Source of the DNA: Chiloscyllium plagiosum
Lineage: Eukaryota
NCBI RefSeq assembly: GCF_004010195.1
Contig: NC_057752.1
Coordinates: 1,536,704-1,600,703 of the forward strand
Direction: 5' to 3'
Length of the DNA: 64,000 nt
Part shown: positions 25,315-38,849 of the stretch, in pieces
How the letters are laid out: every line of letters begins with the position of its first letter
How positions within the stretch are numbered: the first letter of the stretch is position 1
Notes under the pieces: generated by a model
What the model was told of the DNA's origin: nothing
Databases searched by the model: none
Seen by the model: the letters and a program-made list of their open reading frames with translations, nothing else
Position numbers and translations under genes: made by a program

Positions 25315-25715
25315 GGAACACTTCAACCCCAAGGCATCAATGTGGACTTCACCAGTTTCCTCATTTCCCCTCCCCCCACCTTACCTCAGTTCCAGCCTTC
25401 CAGCTCAGCACAGCCCTCATGACCTGTCCTACCTGCCTATCTCCCTTCCCACCTATCCACTCCACCCTCCCCTCTGACCTATCACCTCCATCCCCAACCC
25501 CATTCACCTATTGTACTCTTTGCTTCCTTCTCCCCAGCCCCCCTCCCCCCATTTATCTCTCCACCCTTCAGGCTCTCTGCCTCTATTCCTGATGAAGGAC
25601 GTATGCCCGAAATGTTGATTTTCCTGCTCCTCGGATGCTGCCTGACCTACTGTGCTTTTCCAGCACCACTCTAATCTAAACTCTGGTTCCCAGCATCTGC
25701 AGTCCTCACTTTTGC
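25315..25715 (+). mobile_element. Penelope-like element 3' end with pLTR and hammerhead motif
   Basis: ORF end (caaccccaaggcatcaatgtggacttcacc), pyrimidine-rich UTR, ctgatga-aggacgtatgccc-gaaat-gtt at 25589. Confidence 0.8.
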
Positions 25716-25959
25716 CTAGGAAAGGAGATGAGACAAGTGAAGAGGGAGCAGTTGGGGTTGCCAGACCTGGGTTTCAAAACAGCTGACAAGTGATGCTTCA
25801 GAAGAAAGAATTACACCCTGTAGGTATGCTGGATGAGCACAATACATCAGAAAGCGTGCTGCAACAAATTCAGTACTTTCTGTTGTACCCACAACAGTCA
25901 ATTTGTACATTGCAAGCTTTCACAAACAGCAGTGGGGTAAATGATTTGATCATGGTTTG

Positions 25960-26830
25960 AAGGACATAAAAAGCATGGAAAATAGGAGCAGGCCATTCGG
26001 CCCTTCTGAGCCTGTTTCACAATTTGATATGATCCTGGCTGATCATCCAACTCAGTCCCGTGTCCCTGCTTTCTCCCCCTTATCCTTTAGCCCTGGGAAC
26101 TATATCAAACGCCTTTTTGAAAACATTCAATGTTTTCGCCTCAACCACTTTCTGTGACAGAGAATTCCACAGGCCCCACTCTCTGGGTGAAGACATCTCT
26201 CCCCATCTCAGTCCAAAATGGCCTACCCTGTATCCTCAGACTATGACCCCTGGTTCTGGACTCCCAGGGAACATCCTTCTTGCATTTCCCCTGTCCAGTT
26301 CTGTTGTAAGTTTAGAGGGTTTTATGTGATTCCCCCTCATTCTTCTAAACTCTAATGAATGTAGTCCTAACTGATCCGGTCTTTGTTCATGTGCCAGTCC
26401 TGCCATCCCAGGACTCAGTCTGGTAAACCTTCATTGTACTCCCTCCCTCGCCAGAACATCCTTCCTCAGGTAAGGAGACCAAAACTGGACACAATACTTC
26501 AGGTATGGTCTCACCAAGGCCCTTTTGCAGCAAGACATCCCTGATCCTGTACTCCAATCCTCTTGCTATGAAGGTCAACTAACTGTGTCCTGAGCTATAG
26601 GGAGAGGCTGAATAGGATGGGGCTGTTTTCCCTGGAGCGTCGGAGGCTGAGGGGTGACCTTATAGAGGTTTACAAAATCACGAGGGGCATGGATAGGTCT
26701 CTTCCCTGTAGTGGGGGAGTCCAGAAATAGAGGGCATAGGTTTAAGGTAAGAGGGGAAAGATTTAAAAGGGACCTGAGGGGCAACCTTTTCACGCAGAGG
26801 GTGGGACGTGTATGGAATGAGCTGCTGGAG
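25960..26830. mobile_element. Two CR1 fragments in opposite orientation (25960-26575 -, 26585-26830 +)
   Basis: Minus [15 protein letters not shown]; plus ESRNRGHRFKVRGERFKRDLRGN. Confidence 0.85.
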
Positions 26831-27249
26831 GCTTCTACAATAAATAGAACCTCAGCACTGCAGAGGTTCAAACTGACAGCTCCTCACTATCTTCCAGGGC
26901 AATTAGTGGTGGACAATAAAAACCGGCCTACCCAGTGACGTGCACAACCTGCCAACAAGTATTTTAAAAAAAGATCGATATCAGAACACCAAGTAAATTC
27001 CTGACATGCGTACTGACTGCCGATCAAAGTAAACCAGTCTCTCACAGAGGTGAATGGGCAGACGAATGCTTGTTTTGGAACCTCTCTGAACAATGTAACT
27101 GCCCTGAGTGTGGGATGCTCCAGACCCCAGATGCAGCTTTCCTTCATGTGGGAATCGGCCACATCAAAGAAGGTGAAAGTTCATGTGGGAGGTAGGATCC
27201 TTTCCCCTGCCCTAGGTTATTAGTCCAGCACCATAACCACTTGGCTATT

Positions 27250-28185
27250 GGAAGGTGACCAAACAGCTGGATGAGGGCAAAGCGGTTGATGTGATGTATA
27301 TGGATTTCAGTAAGACATTTGATAAGGTTCCCCACGGTAGGCTATTGCAGAAAATATGGAGGCATGGGATTGAGGGTGATTTCGCGGTTTGGATCAGACA
27401 TTGACTGGCTGAAAGAAGACAGAGGGTGTTGGTTGATGGGAAATGTTCATCCTGGGGTTCAGTTACTAGCGGGGTACCACAAGGATCTGTTTTGGGGCCA
27501 CTGCTGTTTGTCATTTTTATAAATGACCTGGATGAGGGTGTAGAAGGATGGGTTAATAAATTTGCGGATGACATTAAAGTTGGTGGAGTTGTGGACAGTG
27601 CGGAAGGATGTTGGCAGTTACAGAGGGACATAGATAAGCTACAGACCTGGGCTGAGAGGTGGCAAATGGAGTTTGACACAGAAAAGTGTGAGGTGATTCA
27701 CTTTGGAAGGCGTACTGGAATGCAGAGTACTGGGCTAATGATAAGGTTCTTGGTAGTGTGGATGAGCAGAGAGATCTCGGTGCTCATGTGCATAGATCCC
27801 AGAAAGTTACCACCCAGGTCAATAGGGTTGTTAAGAAGGCGTACGGTGTGTTCATTTTTGTTGGTAGAGGAATTGAGTTTCGGAGCCATGAGGTCATGCT
27901 GCAGTTGTACAAAACTCTGGTGTGGCCGCACTTGGAGTATTGCGTACAGTTCTGGTCACCGCATTATAGAAAGGACATGGAAACATTGGAAAGGGTGCAG
28001 AGGAGATTTACCAGGATGTTGCCTGGTATGGAGGGAGGGTCTTATGATGAAAGGCTGAGGGACTGGAGGCTGTTTTTGTTAGAGAGAAGAAGGCTGAGAG
28101 GTGACTTAATAGAAACATAGAAGATAATCAGAGGGTTAGATAGGGTGGACAGAGAGAGCCTTTTTCCTTGGATGGTGATGGCTGG
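27250..28185 (+). pseudogene. CR1/HER1 ORF2 reverse transcriptase fragment, frameshifted
   Basis: GVPQGSVLGPLLFVIFINDLDEG...KFADD RT motifs; frameshift to [24 protein letters not shown]. Confidence 0.95.
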
Positions 28186-28194
28186 TATGTTCTA

Positions 28195-28655
28195 ACCTGG
28201 AATGAGCAGTTTGCCTTATGAGGAAAGACTGGACAGGCTAGGCCTCTATCCTCTGGAGTTTAGAGGAGTCAGAGGTGACTTAATTGAAACCTCCTGAGGG
28301 GGACTTGACCAGGTGGATGTGAAAAGGCTGTTTCCTCTTGTGGGAGAAGCTAGAACTCGACGTGATAGTTTAAAAATAAGTGGTTGTCCATTTAAGACGG
28401 AGATGAGGAAACATTATTTTCTCTCAGAGGATTGAGGGTCTTTGGAATTCCCTTCCTCAAAAGGCAGTGGATGCAGAATGTTTCATAATGTTGAAGGCTA
28501 GAGGTAAATAGATTCTTGACGACCAAGGGGGATGAAAGATTATCGGGGGATACACAGGAAGGTAGAGATGAGGTTAAATTCCGATCAGCCACGATCTTAT
28601 TGAATGGCAGAACAGGCCCGAAGGGCCGAGTGGCCTACTCTTGTTCCTTGTTTGT
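28195..28655 (+). mobile_element. CR1 LINE 3' end (second subfamily)
   Basis: YEERLDRLGLYPLEFR motif and 3' UTR. Confidence 0.85.
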
Positions 28656-28755
28656 CCTTGTTCAGAGATGTTAGTACACATCTCTGGAGCAGGTTGGGCT
28701 TGAACCCAGGCCTCCTGACCCAAAGGCAGGGATACTACCACTGTACCACAAGACC
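28655..28755 (-). mobile_element. Short (~110 bp) tRNA-like SINE; sister copies at 30045-30155 (+) and 53820-53925 (+)
   Basis: Shared gtgg(c/t)acagtggtagtatccct...gggttcaagtcc...gtaataacatctctgaaca. Confidence 0.6.
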
Positions 28756-30189
28756 TTAAACCTGGCTTCTGTATCCTCTCTTCAATGGAATCTTGCTGTG
28801 TACCTGTTGCTGAAAGCATGAAATACTCTGTTTCCCCCCCCGCCTTCTCTAACTTGGGTGGCAAAGAGCAGTTCTGTTATGGCACATGGTCGTTCCTGTT
28901 GATACACTCTGCTCATGTCTGTGTGAAGCCTGTATAATAATTTAAAAACTGAATTAGAAACGACTCTGGATTGAGACGATCCTTGCTGTTTGAGTAGTTG
29001 ATTGATTCCTGCACCAATTGATAAACACTCAGTCCCATTCGCTGAAAGTAAATCCATCGCTGCCTCTTACTGAGTGTGGTTTGGCACTCTGCAGTGTGCG
29101 GCTTTGAACACATGCATTCGCTCATATTTCAAGATGCAAAGCCTGCTTAAATCATTGTTGCTTTTATAAATATCCAAGCATGTGTTACAAAAAGAACAAT
29201 GGCAAAGTTCCTGTCCAGGACCGATCCGGTGGGTTCAGTTTTGTATGTAGAGCTGGTTTGAGACCGTCCAAACTGATTTCACACAATTATCTTTCCAGCT
29301 GTCAGAGAATCTTGTACACCGGCCAAGTTCCCAGAGTAGCTCAGGGTAGTGTCTTAACTAACTGTATCTCCGCTCTCCACCCCATACCCAGCACAGCCTG
29401 TTTATAGAAAATGCTGTCAATCCATTTATTTAGAATGTCCGGGGCAGAGGGAGATATACTACAGCAGGGACGAGGGAGCTCGCTAATCTTGGGACACAGG
29501 CAAAGGTGGGGTTGTTCACTTTGGAAGCAAAGGCGATTATGTGGTGTTCAAAATCACTCTTGGTTTTTTGAAGGTGTGAATGAGGAGCAACTGTTTCCAG
29601 TGGTAACCAGAGTTAAGGTGACTGGCAAATGAACCAGAGGTGACATGAAGAAACATTTCCTTGCACAGGGAGTTATAGTGACTTGACGTAGATCTCCTGA
29701 AACGATGGTGGAAGCATATTCAATGATAACTTGGAGAGGCATGAGACCTGCAAGGGAGAAGCAAGGGCTGGGGAGCTATCAGTCTGCCGTTGACCTACGA
29801 GATGGAGAAGCATTGGACCATTCAGCTCCTTCGAACCAGCCCATGCTGAGAGAGAGTGATAGAAAAAACTTCAGTGACATTGCAAAAAATCTGCCAAGCC
29901 TTTGGTTTGCGAGAAACTACTATTTGGGGATGTTTTTTAATTAGAAAACCATTATTTTAAAAAGAAGTAGTTGTAATTGGGTTTAGCTGAGAAACACGAT
30001 GAATAAGTGAAAATCAAGACCAATATAATCAAGTAATATATAGGGGCCCACTTGTGGTGCAGTGGGAGTGTCTGTACCCCTCACAGGGAGGGGTTCAAGT
30101 CCCCCCTGCTCCAAAGGCGTGTAATAACATCTCTGCACAGGTTGATTAGGAAAATAGGTTCTGTAAAAATACAAGTAGAGTACACTTCA

Positions 30190-30485
30190 TAGAATTCCGA
30201 CAGTGTGGAAGCAGGTCATTCAGCCCGTTGAGTCCACACCGACCCTCCGAAGAGCATCCTACCTGGACCCACCCCATCCCATTCCTGTCCCCCTGCATTT
30301 CCCATGGCCAATCCACCTAACCTGCACATCCTGGGACTGTGGGAGGAAACTGGAGCACCCAGAGAAAACCCACGCTGACACAGGGAGAAACGTGCAGACT
30401 TCACATAGCCAATCACCAGGTTAAGGGTGGAATTAAACCCAGGTCCCTGGCACTGTGAGGCAGCTGTGCTGAGCACTGAACCACC
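30190..30485 (-). mobile_element. HE1-type V-SINE
   Basis: V-domain and tRNA head on the minus strand. Confidence 0.88.
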
Positions 30486-30759
30486 ACTTGGGGTAAGGGA
30501 AAATGACATTTAGATATAGCAGCTCAGCTCAGTCCAGTAGAACATGTGGCCTGTGAAATGTGGGAGGTCATGGACTCTTTGGCAGATACAATAGGGTTGT
30601 TTAAGGGGCTTTTAGAGAAGCACATGAGTATACAAGGAATGGAGGGATATGGACCAAGGGCAGGCAGAAGGGACTAGTTTAATTTGGAGTCATGCTTGGC
30701 ACAACATCGTGGGCCGAAGGGCCCGTTCCTGGTCTGTACTGTTCTATGTTCTACTGGTA

Positions 30760-32250
30760 CCCTAGCTGACCACATCTGCAGAAATGTGAGCTCCAGGTTT
30801 CTGAGCTTGAGCAGCATCTGGAAAAGCCGGTGCATTGGCCAGGCTGCGAGTTACATGGACAGCATGTTTAAAGAGGTGGTCTCACCGCAGCTTCAGGAAC
30901 TGGAGGAAGGAAGGGCATGGGTGACCAGCAGGCAGTGCAAGAGAAACAGGCAGGGAGTGCAGGAATCTCCTGAGAATCTTCCACTGACAAGGCACTGTTC
31001 CAGTTTGCAAGCTGACAAGGATGTTGGTCTCACAAGGGAGTGCAGGCACAGCCAAGTTTGTAACACAGCGTGGAAATTAGCAGGGCACTGGCCGCAATCT
31101 CTCAGTCTGTCTGAGACTGAAGGGAGGTTCCAGAGGCCTGGAGAAATGCAGACCATCACACCCTTGTTCAAAAATAGTTGTAAGAATAAGCCCAGCAATT
31201 ACAGACCAGGCAGTTTAAGTGGTGGGAAAGCTTTACGAAACAGTTTATCAGGTTAGAATTAGTAATCACATGGGACATACTGGATTGTTTAGGAAGAGTC
31301 AGCATGGATTTCTAAAAGAGTCTTTGTGTTTCACTAACCTGCTGGAGTGTTTTGAAGAGGTAACAGAAAGAACCAATTGAGGGTAGCCCTGTTGATGTGG
31401 TGTACAAGGACTTTCAAAAGGTGTTTAATGCAGCGTCACAGAACAGGCTTGTGATAAGTCACAGCTCATATGTTAAAAAGCACGGTAGCAGCATGGATAT
31501 AAAGTAAGGTGGCACGGTGGTTAGCATCACTGTCTCACAGCGCCAGGGACCTGGGTTCAATTCCACCCTTGTGGTGACTGTGAGCAGTTTGCATGTTCTC
31601 ACTGTGTGATTTTCCTCCCACAGTCCAAAGATATGCAGGTTAGGTGGATCGGCTATAGTGTCCAGGGATGTATAGGCTAGGTAGATTAGCCATGGAAAAT
31701 ACAGGGTAAGGGGGTGGGCCTGGGTGAGATACTCTCAGTGGGTCAGTGTGGGATCAATGGGCTGAATGACCTCTTTCCACACTCGGGATTCTATGAAAGT
31801 TGGCTGAGTAATGGATGTTTTGTTTTCAGGCTGGAGGATGGTTTGTAGTGGGGTTTCCCAGGTGCCAGTGTTAAGTTTTCCCTGAAATTTATTAAGGATC
31901 TGGATGTTGGTGGGTAAGGATAATTTCAAAGTTTGAGGATGATACAAAACTTGGAAGATTTTGAAACTGTAAGGAAAACAGTGTAGGACTCCAAAAGGTA
32001 ATGGGCAGGATGGTACAGTGGGCAGATAGGTGGCAGATGAGGTACAATGCAGACAATATAAAATAGACAATATTTAAGTGGCTACAGGAGCAGGGACACC
32101 TTGGTGTAACTGTGCATCAATCATTGAACGTGGCAAGGCAGTGGAGAAAGCAGTTAATAAAGCATCCAGTATCATGGAATTTATTAATAGAGAGCAACAG
32201 CGGAGAGGTGGGAGGGGTGATGTTGAGCTTGTGGAAGGCAGACCTTGGCT
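30760..32250 (+). pseudogene. Deleted CR1 element with ORF1 and ORF2 RT remnants; HE1 SINE inserted at about 31507-31795
   Basis: ORF1-like DHICRN...YMDSMFKEVVSPQ...VQESP; RT-like NKPSNYRP, SQHGF and VDVVYKDFQK. Confidence 0.75.
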
Positions 32251-32384
32251 GTAGAGGTGGGAAACACATTCCTCCTGATTCTAACAGTTTTCCAATGATC
32301 CTTGTTGTAATGTTCCTGGTTGAATGTCAGACAAGAACAGTTATATGGCATAGCTGGCAAACTGAGGTGAGTTAACGTACCAAC

Positions 32385-32642
32385 ACGGCATGGTGGCACA
32401 GTGGTTAGCATTGCTGCCTCACAGCGCCAGAGACCCGGGTTCAATTCCCGCCTCAGGCGNNNNNNNNNNNNNNNNNNNNNNNNNNNNNNNNNNNNNNNNN
32501 NNNNNNNNNNNNNNNNNNNNNNNNNNNNNNNNNNNNNNNNNNNNNNNNNNNNNNNNNNNNNNNNNNNNNNNNNNNNNNNNNNTCGGTGTGGACTTGTTGG
32601 GCCGAAGGGCCTGTTTCCACACTGTAATGTAATCTAATCTAA
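32385..32642 (+). mobile_element. HE1-type V-SINE spanning an assembly gap
   Basis: Head before the N-run and tail after it. Confidence 0.85.
32460..32582. other. Assembly gap
   Basis: Run of N. Confidence 1.
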
Positions 32643-34679
32643 CACTGGTCTGAAGGTTGCTGATGTCCTTGGTACCATATACAAGTCAGCATCTTCAGGA
32701 GAGAAGGGGTAGAGATTGGGATTGTGTGTGAGTGTGTGTATGGGGGGGGGGGGCTTGTATATTTTCAGAAAGAGAGGCTGGTTAGGTATAGAATCTTACT
32801 CAGTCTTGCATTTATTTACAGAGCTAAACATTAGGAGTCTATATCTCCTAACACAACCTCGTTATAGTTTCACTAAGTGTCTCTTTAGAAATAAAGCCTT
32901 TTCAATCAGTTGGGCTCGTTCTGAAATAGTGCATTGGCCATCCCATCCTGAAGTGGGACTTGGCCCTGAATTTGCTGGCTCAGAGGTAAAGGTGACAGCA
33001 CTGCTTCTGAGAGACACCTCAGCTGCCGTGGGACATGCTCAAACGCTAGTTAATGTGTATCTCCTTCAGTTAAACACAATTAGAATGCCATTGTCAGGCT
33101 GCCTTTTGAACCCAGGGCCTCATCTTTTGTTAAACGGCGATGTTGCCGTTATCTCAGTTATTTCAATCGTGGAGGGTGACCATTCCGATGAACTTCTGAT
33201 AACCAGGCTCACTCAGTTTGCCAGTGCCAAACAAATCTGTTTATGAAGGGGCCACAGCCTCAGTCAGCTGTGCAGGCGGACAGCTGGAAAGGAAGCCTCC
33301 TTATCTTGGGCCTGAGCTGACAGGAAACCTCGGTACTAGCAGCTGGAGACAATGAAAGCAAATCGGGAAAGAATCCAGCCACAACTGGGACTCTGGGCTC
33401 TGGATGGTTGTAAGCTGGTGCATGTCAAGTGCAGTCACATTCTTTTTGAAAGGACTTTTCCACTTCCTTTTTTTGTCTGAAACCAGGCCCAGTTGTCAAA
33501 TTGTTCATTTCACAACGGCGTCTCCTTTAATTATTGTGGGCGCTTTGGAACAAAGTTTGGTCAGCAGGTTCTGCAGCTGCATTCTTTAACTAACCTGGAT
33601 TGCCGTGACATTTCATTCCCTCTCTGTCCGAACTGATCATAGCGCTGAGGAATCCTAATACATCACACAGGCAGTGGAGGATAAAATGATGGGGGTTGGG
33701 ACCAGAAATGGCAGTGCCTTGATCTCTGTCACTCAGACTGAGACCTTTCTTGTTTCATTTTCAGTTTTGCTGTGTGGTTCAGCATTTTACAGTGATTTCC
33801 TGTTAGGGTTCCACTATCTGATAGGCGAGGGAGCACAATGGGATTGATTTTGAGGGGGGGGGGGGCACAGGGGTTCATGAGCACATTTGCATCATACAGG
33901 CAGTCATTGATTTGTGGCCGTTTTCTGATAGTCTGTTGAGAAGCAGCAGTTGAGATACAGTGCATTAGTTAATTCAGTGAAGAAAGGAAACATGCAATCT
34001 GTGATGAGAATTCCTCACCTGATCCTGCATCCGTTCCGGAAAATGTGGGAGGAAGATGCATGTCCCAGATAAAAGCAAAAATCCTGCTGATGCTGAAATC
34101 CGAAACAAGCACAGAGAATGCTGGAGAAACTCAGCAGATCTGGCAGCACGTGTGCAGAGAGAAACAGAGATAGCTGTTCTGCCTTGTCAGAACTGAAAGT
34201 TCAGTTCTCCTCTGAAGAAGATGGGGCCTGTGCCTCTGAATCTTCTTATGGCCATCTCTCCCCCTCTATCTTTTTGAATGTACGTTATTTGTTGTCCATA
34301 TTTGGTGTGTCACTCACTTGTCTAAACCCTTTTGGCCAATGACTATGGGCAGCTACCCATGATGCCAGGATGACCATAGTCCCCTTGCCCACCTCCCTTT
34401 GAAGGTTAGATTTTATTCCTTCTGAAAACAAAGCCTCCTTATTTCCAAAAAAACATTGTATTCATTATAGGATAGTGTGCCACCTGGTAAAATTGTTTTT
34501 ATACTTATGGGGCACAATAACTAATGTGACTCATAAACACAGTTTCATGCTATGCAGGAAATGCCAACTATGGAATGCCAAGTGAACACAGGTTTAAAGG
34601 GACCCCAATTTCTAACAAAGAGGTAGATGCCCACCTCATTATGGGGTGGTACTGAGAACAAATTATTTTGTTATTCAGT

Positions 34680-35095
34680 CATTATTCAGCATCGCTGGTA
34701 AGATATTTGTTGGCCACTCCTTAATGGTCTGCAGAGGGTGATGGTGAGCTGCCTTCTTGAACCGCTGCAGTCTGTATGGTACAGGTACACCCACAGTGCT
34801 GTTAGGCAGGAAGTTCCAGGATTTTGACCCAGTGCTAGTGAAGCAAAGACAATATGGTTCCCAGCCATGATGGCTTGTCCTTCTAGATGGAAGTGGCCGT
34901 GAGTTTGGAAGGTGCTGTCGGAGGATCTTTGGTGAATGTCTGCAGGGCATCTTGTAGATGGTACACACTGCTGCTACTGAGCATCGGTTGGGGAGGGAGT
35001 GGATGTTTGTGGATGTGGGGCCAATGAGGCGGGGGCTGCTTTGTCCTGGATGGTGTCAAGCTTCTTGAGGGTTGTTGGAGGCAAGTCCAGGCAAG
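34680..35095 (-). mobile_element. LINE family B 3' region
   Basis: CTIYKMPCRHSPKILRQHLPN...SKSWNFLPNSTVGVP...FKKAAHHH. Confidence 0.82.
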
Positions 35096-35484
35096 TGAGA
35101 AGTAGTGAAGAAATGATAGGAAATGTAGGGGGAGAAAGCTTGGAGCTGTGGGACGTTCTACCATTTTATCCTTAATCATATCCAAACTAAAGAGCATCTT
35201 TAATATCCCAATGTGCTTCATAGCAACACTATCAGGCACAATTTAATATTCACCTGCATTCAAAGCTATTTGGGCAGCTGGCCTAAAGCTTGATAAGGGA
35301 AAAGTTGAAAGGAACATTTTAAAGGAGAGGGAGATCAAAAGCCAGAGAGATTTTCAGAGCTTCAGGAGCAGGCAGCTGAAGGCATTTCTATCAGTGGTGG
35401 AGCAGGTAAAACCTGCAATGTACAAGCGGCCAGATTTAGAGGGGCACAAAGATTTCTGAGGGCTGCAAGGATGGAGGAAATTAC

Positions 35485-36145
35485 CACACAGAGAACTAAA
35501 TCTGCTGGAGATCACAATGGGTCAGACAGTATCCATGGAGAGAGAGTGAGCTAACACTGCGAGTCTAGATGACCCTTCATCAGAGCTGACAGGAAGTGTG
35601 AAGGGGGCAGCATTTATGCAATAGTTTCGGGGGTGGTGGGAGTGGAGTGTTGGGGAGAAAGGATGGTTCAGATTAAATGATTGGAATGTGAGAATGGCAG
35701 AACATTGGTGTGTCTAACTGCCAGATTGGAAAGGACAGACAGTCCCACTGGGGTGGGAGAGGGAAGAAAGGACGCGGTGACAGAGAATGTAACACGGAAA
35801 GTTAAAAAAAAGGAAGGAATGGGAGTGGGTTCACAATCAATATTAAGTCCAGGAGGCCGTAAAGTGCCCGGTCTGAACATGAGATGTTGTTCCTCCAGCT
35901 TACGCTGTGATTCACTGGAGCACTGCTGCATGCTGGGAACAGACAAGTGGGCGTGTGAGCAGGACACTGTGTTAAAATAACCAGTTACTGGAAGGTTGGG
36001 GTCATGCTTGCACACAGACTGGAGGTATTCTGCAAAGCGGTGACCCAATCTGCATTTGGTTCCTCCAATGTAGAGTAGGCCACATTAGATGCAGCGAATA
36101 CAGTTCACCAGATTGGAGGAGGTACAGGTGAAATGCTGCTTCCCC
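35485..36145 (-). pseudogene. Penelope-like element: GIY-YIG endonuclease remnant plus family-3 pLTR
   Basis: HFTCTSSNLVNCIRC..CGLLYIGET...LGHRFAEYL...PVTGYFN...RKLEEQHLMFRPGTLRPPGLNI; pLTR with ctgatga-agggtcatctagactc (GAAAC box mutated). Confidence 0.88.
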
Positions 36146-36354
36146 TGTGTTATTGCTGAGGCAAATAAATGAAGGCTGGCGTCAAAGGGATTAAGTGTTG
36201 AACTGGACCCGGGTGGTGATAGAGGCCGCCTTTCCCTTCCCATTGAGATGGACTTTGTTCTTGATGTTATACTCCTTGTTATAGTGCTGGCCTCCAGAAG
36301 AAAATGACCCTGACGTGAATGAATATCTGTGTAGCCTTTTGCTGGGGAAGTCAC

Positions 36355-36850
36355 GATTTGGAGATGCCGGTGTTGGACTGGGGTGTACAAAGTTAAAAGT
36401 CACACAACACCAGGTTAGAGTCCTACAGGTTTAATTGGAAGCACCAGCTTTCAGGTGGTTGTGGAGGACACAATTGTAAGGCACAGAATTTATAGCAAAC
36501 GTATACAGTGTGATGTAACTGAAATTATACATTGAAAAATACCTGGATTGTTTGTTGAGTCTTTCATCTGTTAGAATGACCATGATAGTTTCACTTCTTT
36601 CATATGTAAATCACAAAACCTTTTTTTAAAAGTTACATTCTCAGGTTAACTGTAACAATTGGTCTCAGCCAGATAATGTGTTGAGGGTGTTAGCCCCCTG
36701 TGTGCTGCTGTCTGTGCCATAATGTTTAGACTGACTCTAATATAAACAAAATGAGTTTCAGAGTTAACAAGTACAAATTCACCCCACGTTTGCAGAGTTG
36801 CTGAGTTACATTGTACTTTGCTCAAAAACTGCATGAATCCATGTCAGACT
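36355..36850 (-). mobile_element. PLE family-2 element, hammerhead core deleted
   Basis: Reverse-complement match to 922-1204; core collapsed to cac-ctgaaagc-tggtg. Confidence 0.8.
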
Positions 36851-36855
36851 CTGTG

Positions 36856-37146
36856 GGGAGAGCACAGTGGCTCAGTGGTTAGCACTGCTGCCTCACAGCT
36901 CCAGGTTCGATCCCAGCCTCAGGCGACGGTCTGTGTGGAGTTTGCACATCCTCCCCGTGTCTGCGTGGGTTTCCTCCCACAGTCCAAAGATGTGCAGGTC
37001 AGGGTGGATTGGCCATGCTAAATTGCCCATAGTTTTAGGCGCATTAGTCAGAGGGAAATGAGTCTGTGTGGCTTACTCTTCAGAGGGTTGGTGTGGACTT
37101 GTTGGGCTGAAGGGCCTGTTTCCGTGCTGTAGGGAATCTAATCTAA
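36856..37146 (+). mobile_element. HE1-type V-SINE
   Basis: Head, V-domain and aatct tail. Confidence 0.9.
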
Positions 37147-38656
37147 ACTCACTTTTGGGCTATAACCTGGTGTTGTGTGATTTTTAACTTTTGCCATGGA
37201 GTAGTGTATAAATATAATAACTCAATATTGGATCAATGTAGAACATGTAGGTGGACAGAGAAGAGCAATCCATGCTACATTTTCGAATTAATATTGTAAA
37301 ATTTCTGATGGCTATTTCCAGTTGAGGTGGTTTTATTGTTAGATGCTCGTTTGTGTTTCAGGAATGCATCTCCCTACATTGTACCAGCTTTGTGAAAGGG
37401 CTTCCTGAAGTTATCTGTTACGTTGTGCACCAGTGCGTTATGGAGGGACCTCTGACCGTGTTACTGCCTGGTTTGTATACTGCAAGCAGCGCAAGACTCC
37501 CACTTTATGGCCAGCTTGTACCATTGGTGTCTGCACATCTCTGTTTGAGAGCCCACCAATCATAATGCAGAGATTGAGTGGAGACATTTACCATAGCAAC
37601 AGTGATAAAAGTTAGTGACCTTGGTTATGAACACCCTTATGTAGTTAATGAATATTAATGAATCTCTCAAGAAAAAAAGGTAGCTGAGGATACGTGGTGC
37701 AGTAATGTACCAGCTGGGAATTGAGAGCTGTGGTTTGAAAGGCAGAGTCGTCAAATAATCTTTCAGGCAGGAGGATAAAGGGGTCTTTGCCCTTTGTGAA
37801 ATGACGTTAGTGCTGTGTCTACAGCTCAGTTAATACATTCACTGTCTCCTCTTAAGCCGAACCCTGCTAAGAAGTCAAAGGTTTGATCGTGGCCTCAGTT
37901 CAATTATGGCTTGGAATGGTGCAGCGTTCAATTAGGCTAAACTTCCCACCAAAAAAAATCAGCTGGGGCGTTTGCTCTACGATGCTATCAGGTGACCTCT
38001 AATGGAAATTCTGTGTGGCCCACAAGGAAAGACAGGAACAAGCTCTGTTGTTCTGTTGCAGTCCATTCCGGACTGAGATGACGAGAAGTGTCTTCGCCCA
38101 GGGAGTGAGGAGCCTGTGGAATTCTCTGTCACAGAAAGTAGTTGAGGCCAAAACATTGAATATTTTCAAGAAGGAGTTAGATACAGTTCTTAGGACTAAA
38201 GGGATCAAAGGATTTTGTGTTGGATGATGAGCCTTGATCATATTGAATGGGGTAGCAGGCTCAAAGGGCTGAATGGCCTATTCCTACTCCTATTTTGTGT
38301 TACCCCCCCTCCAAGTTCACCAAATAGCCTGTCACTGGCTGAGGAGTTGAAGAGTGGGCATTTTTTTGGGCCCAGCATTTATTGCCCATCCCGAATTGCC
38401 TTTGTGAAGGTGGGGTGGGCGGTAAAGGTAGGTGAGCTTATCGACGACTTTCATGAGAGTTTTCCAGAACAACATGCTGTGGAAGCAACTGGAGATAATG
38501 TTAGGTTTTTCCATTTTTCAAACTAAGTCTTGAGGACAGGTCTGTTCAATGTTGACCAGCTCCCACCACCATCACCATTAAAGGGTGATGCCATCTTTAA
38601 AAGCCATCTCTTGGCTGAATACAGTTATTTTGACTGCATGCCTGTCTGGCTTCTCT

Positions 38657-38751
38657 TGACGAAGGGCTTTTGCCCAAATTGTCGATTTTCCTGCTCTTCG
38701 AATGCTGCCTGACCTGCTGTGCTTTTGCAGCACCACTCTAATCTGAGCTTT
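38657..38751 (+). mobile_element. PLE mini-element (family 1)
   Basis: 18-bp TSD tgcctgtctggcttctct at 38639-38656 and 38752-38769; begins at a decayed hammerhead core. Confidence 0.8.
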
Positions 38752-38849
38752 TGCCTGTCTGGCTTCTCTGTCCTTAGTACACCATGCAGTCATGCAAATG
38801 CAGCAGCACATCATTGTACAATGAATCAGCTCCTGAAGGTTATCTCCCT

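Noticed and set aside
27426..28120. RT ORFs as a functional gene
   Set aside because: 5'-truncated, frameshifted CR1 copy lacking the endonuclease domain.
32716..33246. 176-aa ORF
   Set aside because: Non-ATG start, includes SINE-head-derived sequence near 32940-33010, and has no recognisable motif.
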